Shown: positions 14,721-27,361, counted from the stretch's first letter. The stretch: DNA of 64,000 bases from Octopus vulgaris (GCA_951406725.2 OX597821.1:116436001-116500000); one strand, 5' to 3'. Notes: generated from the letters alone by a model not told the origin. Program-made: numbers and translations.

Positions 14721-15229
14721 AAACCATGACTGTATCTGGAGATTATTGGAATTGTATAATCTGAATAATTATTTCAGTCCACTGAAGCCCTGAAATTCTA
14801 ACTTTAATATAGCTAAATTCTCAAATGGATTTAAATCCGAATAATAGCATTCAAGTGTACTATTGTGAACTTATAAATGTAATTTATATGGATTTATTGT
14901 ATAATTTGTTCAAGAATTGCAGAAGAAGCTTAAATTGTCAAGAAAGGGTTTCATATAACTGAAGATAGAAATAGTTCTGATTAATTTAACAATTAGCGGT
15001 AAGGATCTCCATAGCAGAACAGTATGAAGAAAGCAGCTGATGTTGGATACATAGCAATTAAGGATATATGGACTTGATACTGCATGAAGAATGTAATTAA
15101 TGAACATATCAGAAGTGTAGAAAAGTCATTAAAATGAAATGAATTGATGCAAATGATAATGAATAATAATGCTAATGGAAAATAATAATAATGATAATAA
15201 TAATAATTTAATAATAATAATAATAATAA

Positions 15230-15643
15230 TCCTTTCTACTGAAGGCACAAGGCCTGAAATTTGGTGGGAGGAGACTAGTTAATTACATCGCCCTCCCCAC
15301 ACCTAAATGCGTAACTGGTACTTATTTTGTTGACCCTGAAAGGATGAAAGGCAAAGTTGACCTCAGCAGAATTTAAACTCAGAATGTAGTGACAGGTGAA
15401 ATACCGCTAAGCATTTCGTCCAGCATGGTAACGATTCTGCCAACTCACTGCCTTAATGATAATAATAATGATAATAATAGTAATAATCCTTTCTACTATA
15501 GGCACAAGGCCTGAAATTTTGGAGGAGGGGTTAAATCAATTTCATCAACCCCAGTTCTTTACTAGTACTTAATTTGTCGACCCTGAAAAGATGAAAGGCA
15601 AAATTAACCTCAGCGGAATTTGAACTCAGAACATAAAGACAGT

Positions 15644-15690
<47 letters not shown>

Positions 15691-15903
15691 CTTTTCTACT
15701 CTAGACACAAGGCCCAAAATTTCGGGGGAGGGCACCAGTCGATTAGATCGACCCCAGTACGCAACTGATACTTTATTTATCAACCCCAAAAGCATGAAAG
15801 GCAAAGTCGACCTTGGTGGAATTTGAACTCAGAATGTAAAGACAGACAAAATGCTGCTAAACATTTTGCCTGGCATGCTAACGTTTCTGCCAGCTCACCG
15901 CCT
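15230..15903 (-). mobile_element. Three tandem SINE family A copies separated by (AAT)n
   Basis: Three repeats of cctttctact..ggcacaaggcc..aaaggatgaaaggcaaag..gaactcagaa, each preceded by an AAT run. Confidence 0.9.
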
Positions 15904-16094
15904 GATATAATAATAATGATAATGATAATTATTCTCAGAATCTGGTTTCCTTTCCCTACAATATATTATCGCTAATCATTACTAATATCCATAGTAAAAC
16001 ATCCAACTTGCTGCTAGCTGAAGTCTCTGGCTGAGACTTGGAACAGCTTATATAAAACAAAGCAACAACAACAACAGAAATACCAATGATGATA

Positions 16095-16143
<49 letters not shown>

Positions 16144-18362
16144 AATTATTATCTGGAATACTTTCAAAAAGATAGTGCACTATCAAGAAATTGTCGTATT
16201 TGGAAGATATATAAAGGAATTTCTAGAACTGTTAACAATCTATAAATGCTAAGTTATATGGTATTATATAGAAACAATGAACTTCAAATATCTTTTGCCA
16301 ACAAGATAATATCTACTTGGTTGTTTAATCAGTTAGATTCTCTTCAAATTAAACTCTGCCATCTTGAATAGAAAGGGGCACATTAGACAATGTACTACTA
16401 TATATATAATGCCTGAATGTAAGACGAAATGGTCATGGTTGGAATACCTTTGACGATAAGTCTGCTTATTCAAGGTTGAATTGGATCTAAACAACTGCAT
16501 GAAATATTTATTATTTGGAATGATCTCAGGATAAATCATTGGTTGTGTAATGAATGCATAGTGGTAGCTTTTCTTCTGTTTTTTTTTTGTTTTATGTTCT
16601 GAATTTTAAATTCTGTTGGGATCAACTTTGTCTTTCATCTATTTGGGGTTGATAGAAATAAGTACCGATTGAACACTGGAATCAATATAATCAATTTGCT
16701 CAAGCCCCGCTAAATTGCTGGCCTTGTGCCAAATTTAGAAAGAATTATCTTTTTTTAAATGTGATACAAATGAAATGAAAAATGATGGTATTTTAAGCAT
16801 TGTTTATTAAATAATGGTGTTAAATCTGCTTTGGTTTTCAAATATACCCTGATTAGATGGTGTTTGTTGGCTCTCTGATGTGAATAGATAAAAAAACAAT
16901 AACAAAAAAATAAATGTTATCAAATATCATAGTTACAAACTGAAATTTTTACAAGAGGGGAGAGAGAGAGAGAGGCAGACAGAGACAGAGACAGAGAGAG
17001 AGAAAGGCAGACAAAGACAGAGAGAGAATAATTATCCTACTGCCCAACTTGCTGAAGCAAAAAATACATAAAATCTGAAAATAGCACAGTTAAAATGTGA
17101 TTGACACACCTTATATCCCTCCCTTAGATTGTGACTGACACACCTTAAATTTTTACTTTGATAATATGTAATAAAAGCATATTGATAAATTTCCCATTTC
17201 CATAAAAAATTTATTTCAGTTTGACCCATTAAACAGTTGCCCAGCCTTGAGATCATGTACATATATTCTTCTACACAACACCTGCAGAAAAAAGTCCAAC
17301 TGATACTTTTCTCTATATCACATGACTCTAAATTTAAGCACAACATATCTGGGCCAACAGACAATAATCATTATATTGATTTTAAAAAGAAAAAGTCTTT
17401 ATCGTCTTTATCATTTATACTCGGTGTTTATTATTTTGTTGTTAATTTTTTTTACCCTCTTGTTTCCATTGTGTCTTGGGCCTCTGATACTCGTTCTCCT
17501 CTTTTTCCTGTAGTTCATCTAGGGTGTACCTTGCCTCCGAGGCATCCCCTTACAGGACTCTATACTAGGTAATTCTTGGTCAGACTCTTCCCCATTTTCC
17601 TTAGAGATTCCATGTAAGGACCAGTTCAATAATGCTTGTTACAAGTATTTAAATAAAGGTTATTTTCGAGATTCATTCAGTAGATTAGATTTTCTCTCTC
17701 TCCCCCTCTATCTCCCTCTCTTATTTACTTTTCAAATAAGATTTTTAGTTTATGACATTTTCCCTTTGTGGATTACTCATTTCATAACTCCTAGATAAAG
17801 AAAACTAGATATTTTGCCTTCTTGCTTAGCTATCATTAAACAGGAATATACTTCAGTATTGCTACTGTTTAATATATCTCTAACGTTATCTCTGCTATAG
17901 TTTATCTATAACTAGCACAAATAGTAAAATAGTTTGTTTTCTCTTTGTTCTTTTGTTTTCATTAGACTCCTTCATTGATTATGTACGAGTATTTTAAGTA
18001 CTGTTCGTTAATATTTTATTTGTGTCTTATGTCATGTGAGTGCTTACACTTAAGTGTGTGTGTATGTACTTAATATATATAAATACATAGGTGTGTGTGT
18101 AGTGTATACATTCATAAATATTTTTGTTAAGAGCCGCTGTGTTATAAGGGCACAGACTCTCATAAATACAAATGAAGTCTTAATTATATAGCAAAACCTT
18201 TCGTATATTTTTTTCAGATATATATATATAACATTCCTGTCTTACTTTTGTCTACTGATTTTGTCAGTGTTTTTCTGTTCCTTCAATTTAAATCAAAAGA
18301 TCATTTTATTTGTTAGTTCCCCAAATCAAATACAAGTCTTAGCTCTCAAAAAAATAAATAAA

Positions 18363-19047
18363 GGTGCAGGAATGGCTGTGTGGTAAGTAGCTTGCTTACC
18401 AGTCATATGGTTCTGAGTTCAGTCTTACTGCATGGGCACCTTGGGTAAGTGTCTTCTACTATAGCCTTGGGCCGATCAAAGCCTTGGGCCGATCAAAGCC
18501 TTGTGAGTGGACTTGGTAGACAGAAACTGAAAGAAGCTTGTCCTTACTCCACCCTTGCTTTCCCCACTCTCGCCTCCCCCACATCCCAACTTCATCACAC
18601 CACACCACTACACCATACACCACCATACCACACAACACCACATCACATCACACCAGCACACACACACTAGCATTTCCCAGCCCCACATCAACACACCTAT
18701 ACATACACACACACACACGTCAAGGTCACCAGCCCTCTCCACATGCACATACATGGTCTCTTATACACATGTGCACCTTCATTTTGGGATCACCACTACT
18801 TTATTATCTCGCTTCCCCTTCTTCCTAGTTCTCCTGTGTCACCCCTCTGTTCAGCATTCTCCATGATAGATCGCTTGCCACTACGCATTCTTTATTTTAT
18901 CTCCGTTTCTTTCTGTGTTCCTTTCTGTGGAAGAGTGTAGGCTTGAAACGTTAAAGACTTTTTCCCTTCCTGAGCATTAAACTAATACATCTATTTGTTG
19001 TCTACACCACCTGTCTTCATCTTCTGTTTTCTTGTGAATTCTCCCCT

Positions 19048-19088
<41 letters not shown>

Positions 19089-19320
19089 TTATATGTTTGT
19101 ATGTTTGTGTGTTTGTGTTTGTCCTCCCCACTATTGCTTGACAACTGATGTTGGTGTGTTTATGTCCCCGTAACTTAGCGTTTCAGCAAAAGAGACCGAT
19201 AGAATAAGTATTAGGCTTACAAAGAATAAGTCCTGGTGTCAATCTGTTCAACTAAAGGCAGTGCTCCAGCATGGCTGCAGTCAAATGACTGAAACAAGTA
19301 AAAGAATAAACGAATGAAGG
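18363..19320 (+). mobile_element. tRNA-derived SINE family B (CORE-like segment), interrupted by an insert at about 18540-19047
   Basis: A-box-like TGGCTGTGTGG, B-box-like GAGTTCAGTC, segment GGCACCTTGGGTAAGTGTCTTCT resembling the CORE domain; resumes at about 19050 and ends in gaaacaagtaaaaga. Confidence 0.85.
18540..19047 (+). mobile_element. Penelope-like terminal-repeat fragment nested in a family B SINE (second copy about 42999-43088 minus)
   Basis: Ends ctgtggaagagtgtaggcttgaaacgttaaagac...cacctgtcttcatcttctg; a reverse-complement homologue lies at about 43000-43088. Confidence 0.55.
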
Positions 19321-19989
19321 AAGAAGATAAAAATGGTTTACTGGAGCTGCTTTTTCTTAATTTGAAATATTAAGACATTGAATATACTGAAGAATAAACT
19401 CCTACTCATATACCACTACAATAGCGCTATCAACACATGAAAGGCTATAAGACACAAAAGAACTTAAATTATTTTCTTTATCTATTAGAAGTTGTTGAAA
19501 AATAAAGCACACTTATCTTCATGTTTGAAGTTAATGATCATTGATCTATGTATCAAATAAGCCTTAAAAGCCAGTTTTATAGGATTACTAAGTAACTATT
19601 GTCTTTATATTTATACCGAAAAGCTGTCTCAAGTTGTGTGGGATGGTTCTTAAGAACTTGTGCTTATCATATGTTTGATCTTGATTAAGATGTTAATCTA
19701 TCACAAGTAAATTTTCCTGACTGAAGACAGTAAAGTGAAGTGTACAGCGCAAATATAAAAGAAATGCATGCAATACCTGCAGAGAATGTCATGTCTAAAC
19801 CCAAGAGTTGTCAGACTCTAACCACTTAGACATTTTCACTTCCACAAGAAGCTATTGGTTCAATTCAAACAGTTCTGCTTTCTTTCAGGCGAGAAAAACT
19901 TTACTTAATGAATCTGAAAAAATATCTTTTTCAATAAAGAGTCTCTAAAATTAGCTTTAGATGTATTATTAATTGTATTTATAATAATG

Positions 19990-20180
19990 GCTTTAAATTT
20001 TGGTGCAAGGCCAGCAGTTTTTGAGGGGAGGGGAGAAATCAGTAACATAGACCTCCAGTACTTGACTGGTACCTATTTTATTGACCCCATAAAGATGAAA
20101 GGTTAAGTTGACTCTCAATGAAATTTGAACTCAGGACATAAAGACAGGTGAAATGTTGCTAAGCATTTTGTCTGGCGTGC
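19990..20180 (-). mobile_element. SINE family A copy
   Basis: ctggtacc...aaagatgaaagg...tttgaactcag...aaatgttgctaagcatttt. Confidence 0.75.
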
Positions 20181-20267
20181 TCAGGAATAATATTCACAAT
20201 TAATATTCTGTTTGCCACGAGATGTATTTCAGTGTTACACTCTTAAGAACCTTCATTACAGAATGAA

Positions 20268-20298
<31 letters not shown>

Positions 20299-20877
20299 AT
20301 TAACGTCCATGTTCTATGCTGACATGGGTTGGATGGTTTAGCAGGATCTGATAGGCCCAAGGACTGCATCCTGCTCCAGTGTCTGCTTTGATGCCCTTCC
20401 TAACTCCAACCACTTTATAGAGTGTACTGGAGGCTTTTCTCGTGCCACAGGCATTAATGAGGCCACCTTGCAGCTTGCATGACTATGAAACCTAAGGAAG
20501 GGTGACAGATTTATGCTAAGAGATGGGGTTGGGAAGATAAGATAGGAGAAGTAGATGGGGGCAGAGCAGGTTCTTGTGGAGGAGTTACATGATTACTCAC
20601 ATTTAGGAGAAAGAATGAAAATGAATCGGTAGTAGCTGTGAAGTGATAAATAGGAGTGATGAAATGTCCTGGTGGCCCCTCAAGGTACAAGATGAATAGA
20701 AGTGAGTGGTAACAGTGAAGCTAAGTGTGTGGAGAGGTGAGGGATATGCAAAGAGTGTATAGGGAGTTGTGCAAGAGGTAGGGGAGATTGAAAAGAGGAG
20801 GTAGGCAACATCTATAAAGATTGGATGGGGTTTAACGGTAGCAATAGGGAATGATGGATTAGAGGGTGTGGGGGGGA

Positions 20878-21060
20878 AATCTTCAACATTGGAATAAGTT
20901 TGAGCGTTACGCTTTAAACAAGCTTAAACATAGAATGGAACTGAAGATATAATGAAGAATCTTTAACACGATGAAACAAGTTTGCGTGTTATACTACCAT
21001 CGGCCTTAACTAGAGAATGAAATCGGAGACATAATCCGAATCTGCAACATATTGAAACAA
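20878..21060. repeat. Diverged tandem repeat, about 80-bp unit, roughly 2.3 copies
   Basis: Units start at 20878, 20958 and 21039 (aatct-aaca..gaa-caagtttg..gtta...agaatg-aa...gaga-ataat). Confidence 0.65.
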
Positions 21061-22701
21061 TGCTATGATCTATAAATTTATATTGCCAGACAGAAATAAG
21101 AACACTTACAAAACATGGAATTTTCAAAGATCTTGCTAATTACTACTACTACTTGTAGTACTGCTACTCAAAAGAATTGTAGATTGGCAGAATCATTACA
21201 ATGAAATGTCACTACCTTCCAGTGTGATCCTTCGATATTTAGTCCCTTGTTTACTCATCTACAAATGGTTGCTGTCGTCATCATCATCATCACCTGGACA
21301 TTACTGTCTCAAGTTTTAGGACTCATAGAGCCAGTTACTCAGTTTCCATGAATAGATCAAAGGATAAAAATCCTTCCCAAGTCATGAAGACTCATAGGGC
21401 TGGTTTCCCTGTTTCTGTGACACATATATTTCCCTGCTGGACAGGACTATGGTCTATCACAGGAATTCTCATTTTTTGCCCACTGAGTGAACCAGAGCAA
21501 CATGACTGTGTGTGTGTGTATGTGTGCCTGCAAATAGCATATGATTATATATAGAGGTTATATTCATTACTCCTGTTGTAATATTTCTCTATTCATATTT
21601 ATAGATAGTCTAATCTTAGATGAAATATTTTCTATGTTGTAATACACATCCTGTATTAAAAAAGTAAGTATAGCCCCAGTCCAGGAATCGAAACCACAAT
21701 CTTATGATCACAAGTCCAACAGCCTAACTACTAAGCCATGCATCTCTGCTCTGTTGCTGCAGAGTACAAGTGACTGAAATCACAAGGTTTCCCCCTTAAC
21801 TACTCTCTAGTCCATAACAGGGTTTCTCATTTACGGTTGAATGAACTGGAGCAATATGAATTGAAGTTTTGCTCAAGAACATAATGTACCACCTGATCCA
21901 AGAATTGAAACCATGATCTTATAATCACAAGTGCAACACTTTAACCACCAGGCCACATACCCTCACTAAAAGATTCTGAATATATATATATATGTTGTAT
22001 ATTCTGCTTAAATTCTCAAGAATGCTTGAAATGAAAATCACTTGAAATCTTCTGTCCCAAGATATATTTGCTTAACAACACATGTTGTCTGGTTTCAGGT
22101 CTGATTGAATAAACAACATCCTAATTGTGATGGTCTGGATTTTAAAAAAAAGTTTGCCTGCTATTTTAAAAGGTGGTAGTGTGTCATTTGAGGATGATTG
22201 CATGCTATCTTTAGCAGGGCTAGTGATCACAAAGAGTACCTCTTGTTAGTTGTGGTTTAGTGACAGTTTAACAAGGAGGAAGTGAATAATGTATTCATGT
22301 ACTAAGAAGGATGTGTATTACAACATAGAAAATATTTCATCTAAGATTAGACTATCTATAAATATGAATAGAGAAATATGACAACAGGAGTAATGAATAT
22401 AACTGCTATATATAATCATATGCTGTTTGCAGGCACATACACACACACACACACACACAGAGTCAAAAGCAAACACATACGCATTCATGTTTGCACACAT
22501 GAATATGCTCACACACACAAATACTTTTTATACAAAATAAATTTATACACATATAGGTACAACAAAAGTTTATAAAAACACTGACTTACATAGGCCAATA
22601 GGTCAGTGTTGACATATGCAGTATAAGAATTAGAGAAATATTTATTAATTAAAATGAACACCTGTGTTAAGGGGAATGAATCATTAGCTTATTGGTCAAT
22701 C

Positions 22702-23099
22702 TATTTCTTTATTGCCCTCAAGGGGATAAACATGGAGGGGACAAACAAGGACAGACAAATGGATTAAGTTGATTACATTGACCCCTGTGTGTAACTGGTA
22801 CTTATTTAATCGACCCTGAAAGGATGAAAGGCAAAGTCGACCTCGGCAGAATTTGAACTCAGAATGTAGCGGCAGACGAAATACCCCTAAGCATTCCACC
22901 CGATGTACTAACGATTCTATTTCTTTACTACCCACAAGGGGCCAAACAGAGAGAGGACAAACAAGGACAGACATAAGTATTAAGTCGATTATATCGACCA
23001 CAGCACGTAACTGGTACTTAATTTATCGACCCCGAAAGGATGAAAGGCAAAGTCGACCTCATCTAACGATGTACTAACGATTCTGCCAGCTTGCCACCC
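22702..23099 (-). mobile_element. SINE family A dimer with 9-bp TSD
   Basis: Two cores, flanked by tggtcaatc at 22693-22701 and 23100-23108. Confidence 0.9.
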
Positions 23100-24469
23100 T
23101 GGTCAATCATATCAAGAAACACAAGAGAGACATCACTGAAATTTTAATTAAAATTAATTTTAAAAATCTAACATAGATAATTGAGTCTGATCTAGGTAGT
23201 ATGGTGACAACTCCAGTCATATTTCAGTCTTATTAAACCTCTTCAGTAAAGAATAAAGCATAATTTTACTGTACTAAAAGACAAAAATGAGTAGAGAGAT
23301 GTATAAGTTTATAAGTGAATTAACACTGAGTGGAGTGATAATTTAAAAGTAAAGACTTTGAGGAAAATACTCAAGTTTCCCCCACTCTGCATGAAAGCTG
23401 AATGGTACTTAATGAACAAAACATTCTGATAAATTAAAACTACATTAATAGTCATGTGATCACATAGGATAACTAAAGATTTGAAAGCAATTATAGAATT
23501 ATATTTAGTTGAGAAAGATGATTGTTATGGCTTGAGTGTCATTTAATTAGATCACTTTTGTTTGCTAGATCCTCAAACTGGTAATATGGCTCATGTAGAA
23601 CTTTCCCAAAAGGTCCCAGAGTGCCAGGTTCAGTCTGTTATCGAGGTTGACTACGGTAGGATTTGAACTCAAGATGCAAAGAGCTGGAAATAAAATCCAC
23701 AAGATATCTTATCCTATGTTTTTACAGTCTTACCACTTCACAAGCTTGGATTGGTACTTTTATTCATCAACCCCAAAGGAATGATAAGCAAAGTTGACTT
23801 TGGCAGGATTTAAACTCAGAGCACAGAGGATTAGAACAAATACTGCAAAGTATTCTGTCAAATGCTATAATGACTCTTCTAAATTGCCATTTCTATTAAA
23901 CAAAGAATGATACATTGTATAATGTAGTCCATGGTACCCCTAATATGATGACAGTCATGGCTAGAGTACCTTTCATCATGATCAAAGCCAATCTTGTCTA
24001 CTAGATAAGGATTGGCCTGAGACTAAACAACAACAACTGAATATAAAAATAAGACTTCATATTTGTTTATCCAAAAAATAAGGTTGGTGTTTATATATGA
24101 GTGTGTGTGAGAGAGAGAGAAAGAGTGTGTGTGTATATCTGTTACATGACAATGTAGATAACTGTTTAAATCAATCTTGTTATTTTCTGAAAATTTTGGT
24201 TTGATTTTTTTTCTAACAATATCTGTATTTTTGATAATTTTATGTTATGATCATAACATGATTTCAACCTATAATATCTGTTTAATAGATCTTTCCACTG
24301 TGATAGTGGTTGTTTTAGGAAACAATCTAGTTATTTGTAGTAGCAGAACTTACAAATCAATATATCTTTCAGCTCACCAATTTCGCTTCAGAAATCAATT
24401 GCCTCAAACTTTATTTATTGATGCAAACTAGTTCTCAACTTACAAGCAGATAAACAAGAGAGTGAGGTC

Positions 24470-24520
<51 letters not shown>

Positions 24521-24653
24521 TCTATAGGAAGAGTGAATGTACCATTTAAAGTCCTTTGCTATCTTTTCATATTCTTTGCTTTACAATCTATAATGATTTG
24601 GAAAATATCAGCTCTCTAATCAAATATACTATATATAGTTAGAGAGAAAGAAA

Positions 24654-24800
24654 TATATAATAGCACTGAAACCCACTCAGTTGGCACACACAAGCATCAC
24701 GTAAGTGGGCTAGAGTCACGAGTTATATAGTGTCACTAGTGTTTTACAGTGCTTTAGGTGAAGTAGTGAATATTTCCCTCCTCACTTAGCAGAAGAGCAG
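24654..24800 (+). promoter_or_regulatory. Candidate alternative promoter and non-coding first exon
   Basis: (GA)n at 24472-24517, TATATAA at 24654, Inr-like TCAGTT at 24677, no ATG to 24800, donor CAG|GTAAGA at 24800/24801 and a second donor CAC|GTAAGT at 24700/24701. Confidence 0.45.
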
Positions 24801-25177
24801 GTAAGAAAAGTAAAAAAAAGTGTCTTAATGGTGGTAAGCAAAAACAGTAAAAAAAAAAAAAGAGAAAAGCTTTCTTTTTTTTTTATTAACCTAAGATTAA
24901 AATCTTTTGAATTAGTATAATAATATTAATTGTGTTTTAACAGGCTTTCAACTGAGGTTTTTAGGAATATATGAACCATATAGGAAATGCTTTTTCGCCA
25001 AAACTGGATTATAAATGCAAGTTATTGAGATCTTGGTGTCATACCTGCCAAAATAAGAACAAAATGATAACTATTGGTTGGTCAACAAGAGATTCTCCAC
25101 TTGAGAAATAGCAACTAAATTACCTTCAGACCACAGAAAAAGACATGTTGGATGATGTAGCATTATGTTTACTATAT

Positions 25178-25390
25178 CCTTTCTATTAAAGGCACAAGGC
25201 CTGAAATTTGATGGGAGGAGTATGATTGATCACATCACCCCCAGTGTTTCACTGGTACTAAATTTATAAACCCCAGAAAGCTGAAAAGCAAAGTTGATCT
25301 CAGTCGAGTTTGAACTCAGAATGTAGTGATGGGCAAAATACCACTAAGCATTTTGTCTATAGTGTTAATGATTCTGCCAGCTCATCGCCT
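25178..25390 (-). mobile_element. SINE family A copy
   Basis: Full head, core and tail similarity to other copies. Confidence 0.8.
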
Positions 25391-25799
25391 TCCCTAGTTA
25401 CACTATATCATCGTCATCATCATCATCACATCTCCATTTTGCCGTATTGGCATAAGTTGGATAAGTCTCAAGGGCGAGTGGGGGTGGGGTGGTCTGTTCT
25501 GATCGTAAAATGGGTGGACAAATTACCATGTTTAATTAATAACATTAAAATGAGTTTTTAACTTTTATAACTTCTCCAGTGTCATGGTGAAGCAAGAAGA
25601 ATTCTGTGTATGTAAACAATATTTTGTTTTTTCATGAATAAAGAAAAAAAGGTACGAAAAATTTCTCTAATATTTTGGTCTTGGGGGTAGTGGAGAGTCC
25701 TGTTATTTGTCAGTTTCAGAACTACTTGCCTTGCATATGCAGCAGCTGAGAAAACTGGCCAGTTTTGTAGCTGTGTATGTTTTACATTACAAATAGACA

Positions 25800-25990
25800 C
25801 AAGCACAAACACACATGTACAACAGGCTTTTTTCACTTTCTGCCTGCCAAATCCATTCACAAGACTTTGGTCAGCCCAGGGCTATCATAGAAGACACATG
25901 CCCAAGGTGGCACTCAGTCTCTAACCCTAACCCTAACCCTGGCATCATGTGGTGGGAAAGCAAGCTTCCTTAACCATACAGCCACACCTG
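25800..25990 (-). mobile_element. SINE family B 5' part containing a telomere-like insert
   Basis: Reverse complement of the family B head and CORE-like segment, with (CCCTAA)n at 25921-25940. Confidence 0.75.
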
Positions 25991-26021
25991 TGTATACACA
26001 CACACACACACATACACACAG

Positions 26022-26063
<42 letters not shown>

Positions 26064-26310
26064 GAACACTGCAGTGCTGAGATTACTCTGTTGCTAGTTT
26101 CATGAACGTTGTTCATGTGAACAGTGACATTTGTAATCTCAACACTACAATAAATGATTTCACTTTACTTTTGTATTGAGTACTTTTTTCCTATAAGGTC
26201 AAATGTACTTGTGTTTGTGTACGTGTGTGCACTCACACATGTGTGAGTGTATATGTACATTTCTATCTATTTCTCTCTTTCACCTCGCCCCCCTCTCTCT
26301 CCCTCTCTCG

Positions 26311-27120
26311 CATATAGCCCAGTGAACTTATAATAATAGGAACAAATGAAGATTTATAGCCTTGATATAAGTATTTCTTTATTGCCCATAAGGGGCTAAA
26401 CATAGAGGGGACAAACAAGGACAGACAAAGGGACTAAGTCGATTACATCGACTCCAGTGTGTTACTGGTACTTATTTAATCAACCCCAAAAGGATGAAAG
26501 GCAAAGTTGACCATGATGGAATTTGAACTCAGAACATAACGGCAAACGAAATACCACTAAGCATTTCGCCCAGCATGCTAATGATTCTGCCAGCTTGCCG
26601 CCTTGATATAAGAGCTGCAGTTTTCTCCTCAGTTCTCCATAGATGTTCTCCTTTTCTCCAGTTTCGAAAGAGGCATTCACATCCTCTGGGCTACTGATCT
26701 CTACAATGGTGCATGACTTTTCCTCCATATCCCATGCAATTATATCTGACTTGTTGTGCTTACACTGGGTTGCTGTTTTTATCTGAGTGTTTCAGAGTAG
26801 TGTTCTTTATTTTTAAAGTGTGGCTACTTTCTGTCCCTGTCGTGCTTTTGTTATGGCCTTCAGAGCAATCCTACATGCATACAGCATTGTGGACCATCTC
26901 AGCAACAATGTCATGCCACAGAGGAAGGCAGTATCTTGCAGACATTTCTGTGTAGCTACTGATGATACAACTGATATCTTCCACACTGTTATGGCACAAT
27001 CAACTCTTGTCAAATTGCAAGCTGGCATTAATATCAGTGATGCAACAGTCAAGTACTGGTTCCATATAATCAATTGTACTTTTCTCCAAAATTTGTTGTC
27101 TTGTTCTTATGTTAGAAATC
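26311..27120 (-). mobile_element. Decayed RLE-type non-LTR retrotransposon 3' fragment (R4/Dong- or Hero/NeSL-like)
   Basis: Minus-strand translation LCHNSVEDISCIISSYTEMSARYCLPLWHDIVA resembles the CCHC knuckle plus RHD motif. KHNKSDIIAWDMEEKSCTIVEISSPEDVN...EKENIYGEL...LLYQGYKSSFVPIIISSLGY resembles the PD-(D/E)xK restriction-like endonuclease. Confidence 0.85.
26372..26602 (-). mobile_element. SINE family A inserted into an RLE-type LINE, 10-bp TSD
   Basis: TSD ttgatataag at 26362-26371 and 26603-26612; head GGCGGCAAGCTGGCAGAA on the minus strand. Confidence 0.92.
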
Positions 27121-27131
27121 ATTTTTATTAA

Positions 27132-27361
27132 CCCTGTCACTCTATAACCCTACTATAACAGGAATAGGCTAAACATCATCTCTGCTAGATTCCCAGTAAA
27201 ATGGTAATTAACAACACACAGAGAAAAAGAAGATAGAGCTAATTCTGTTTGTTAGTTTGCCTGCATCGTTACTCTTGAGCTGTATATGCAACTGTTTATT
27301 TTTTTGCTCAGGGGACCAGGTGGAAAGTAAAGTTAGATACAGGGGCCCAGGTCTGAGAGGG
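27132..27361. mobile_element. piggyBac-type MITE
   Basis: TTAA|CCCTGTCA ... TGAGAGGG|TTAA. Confidence 0.55.
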
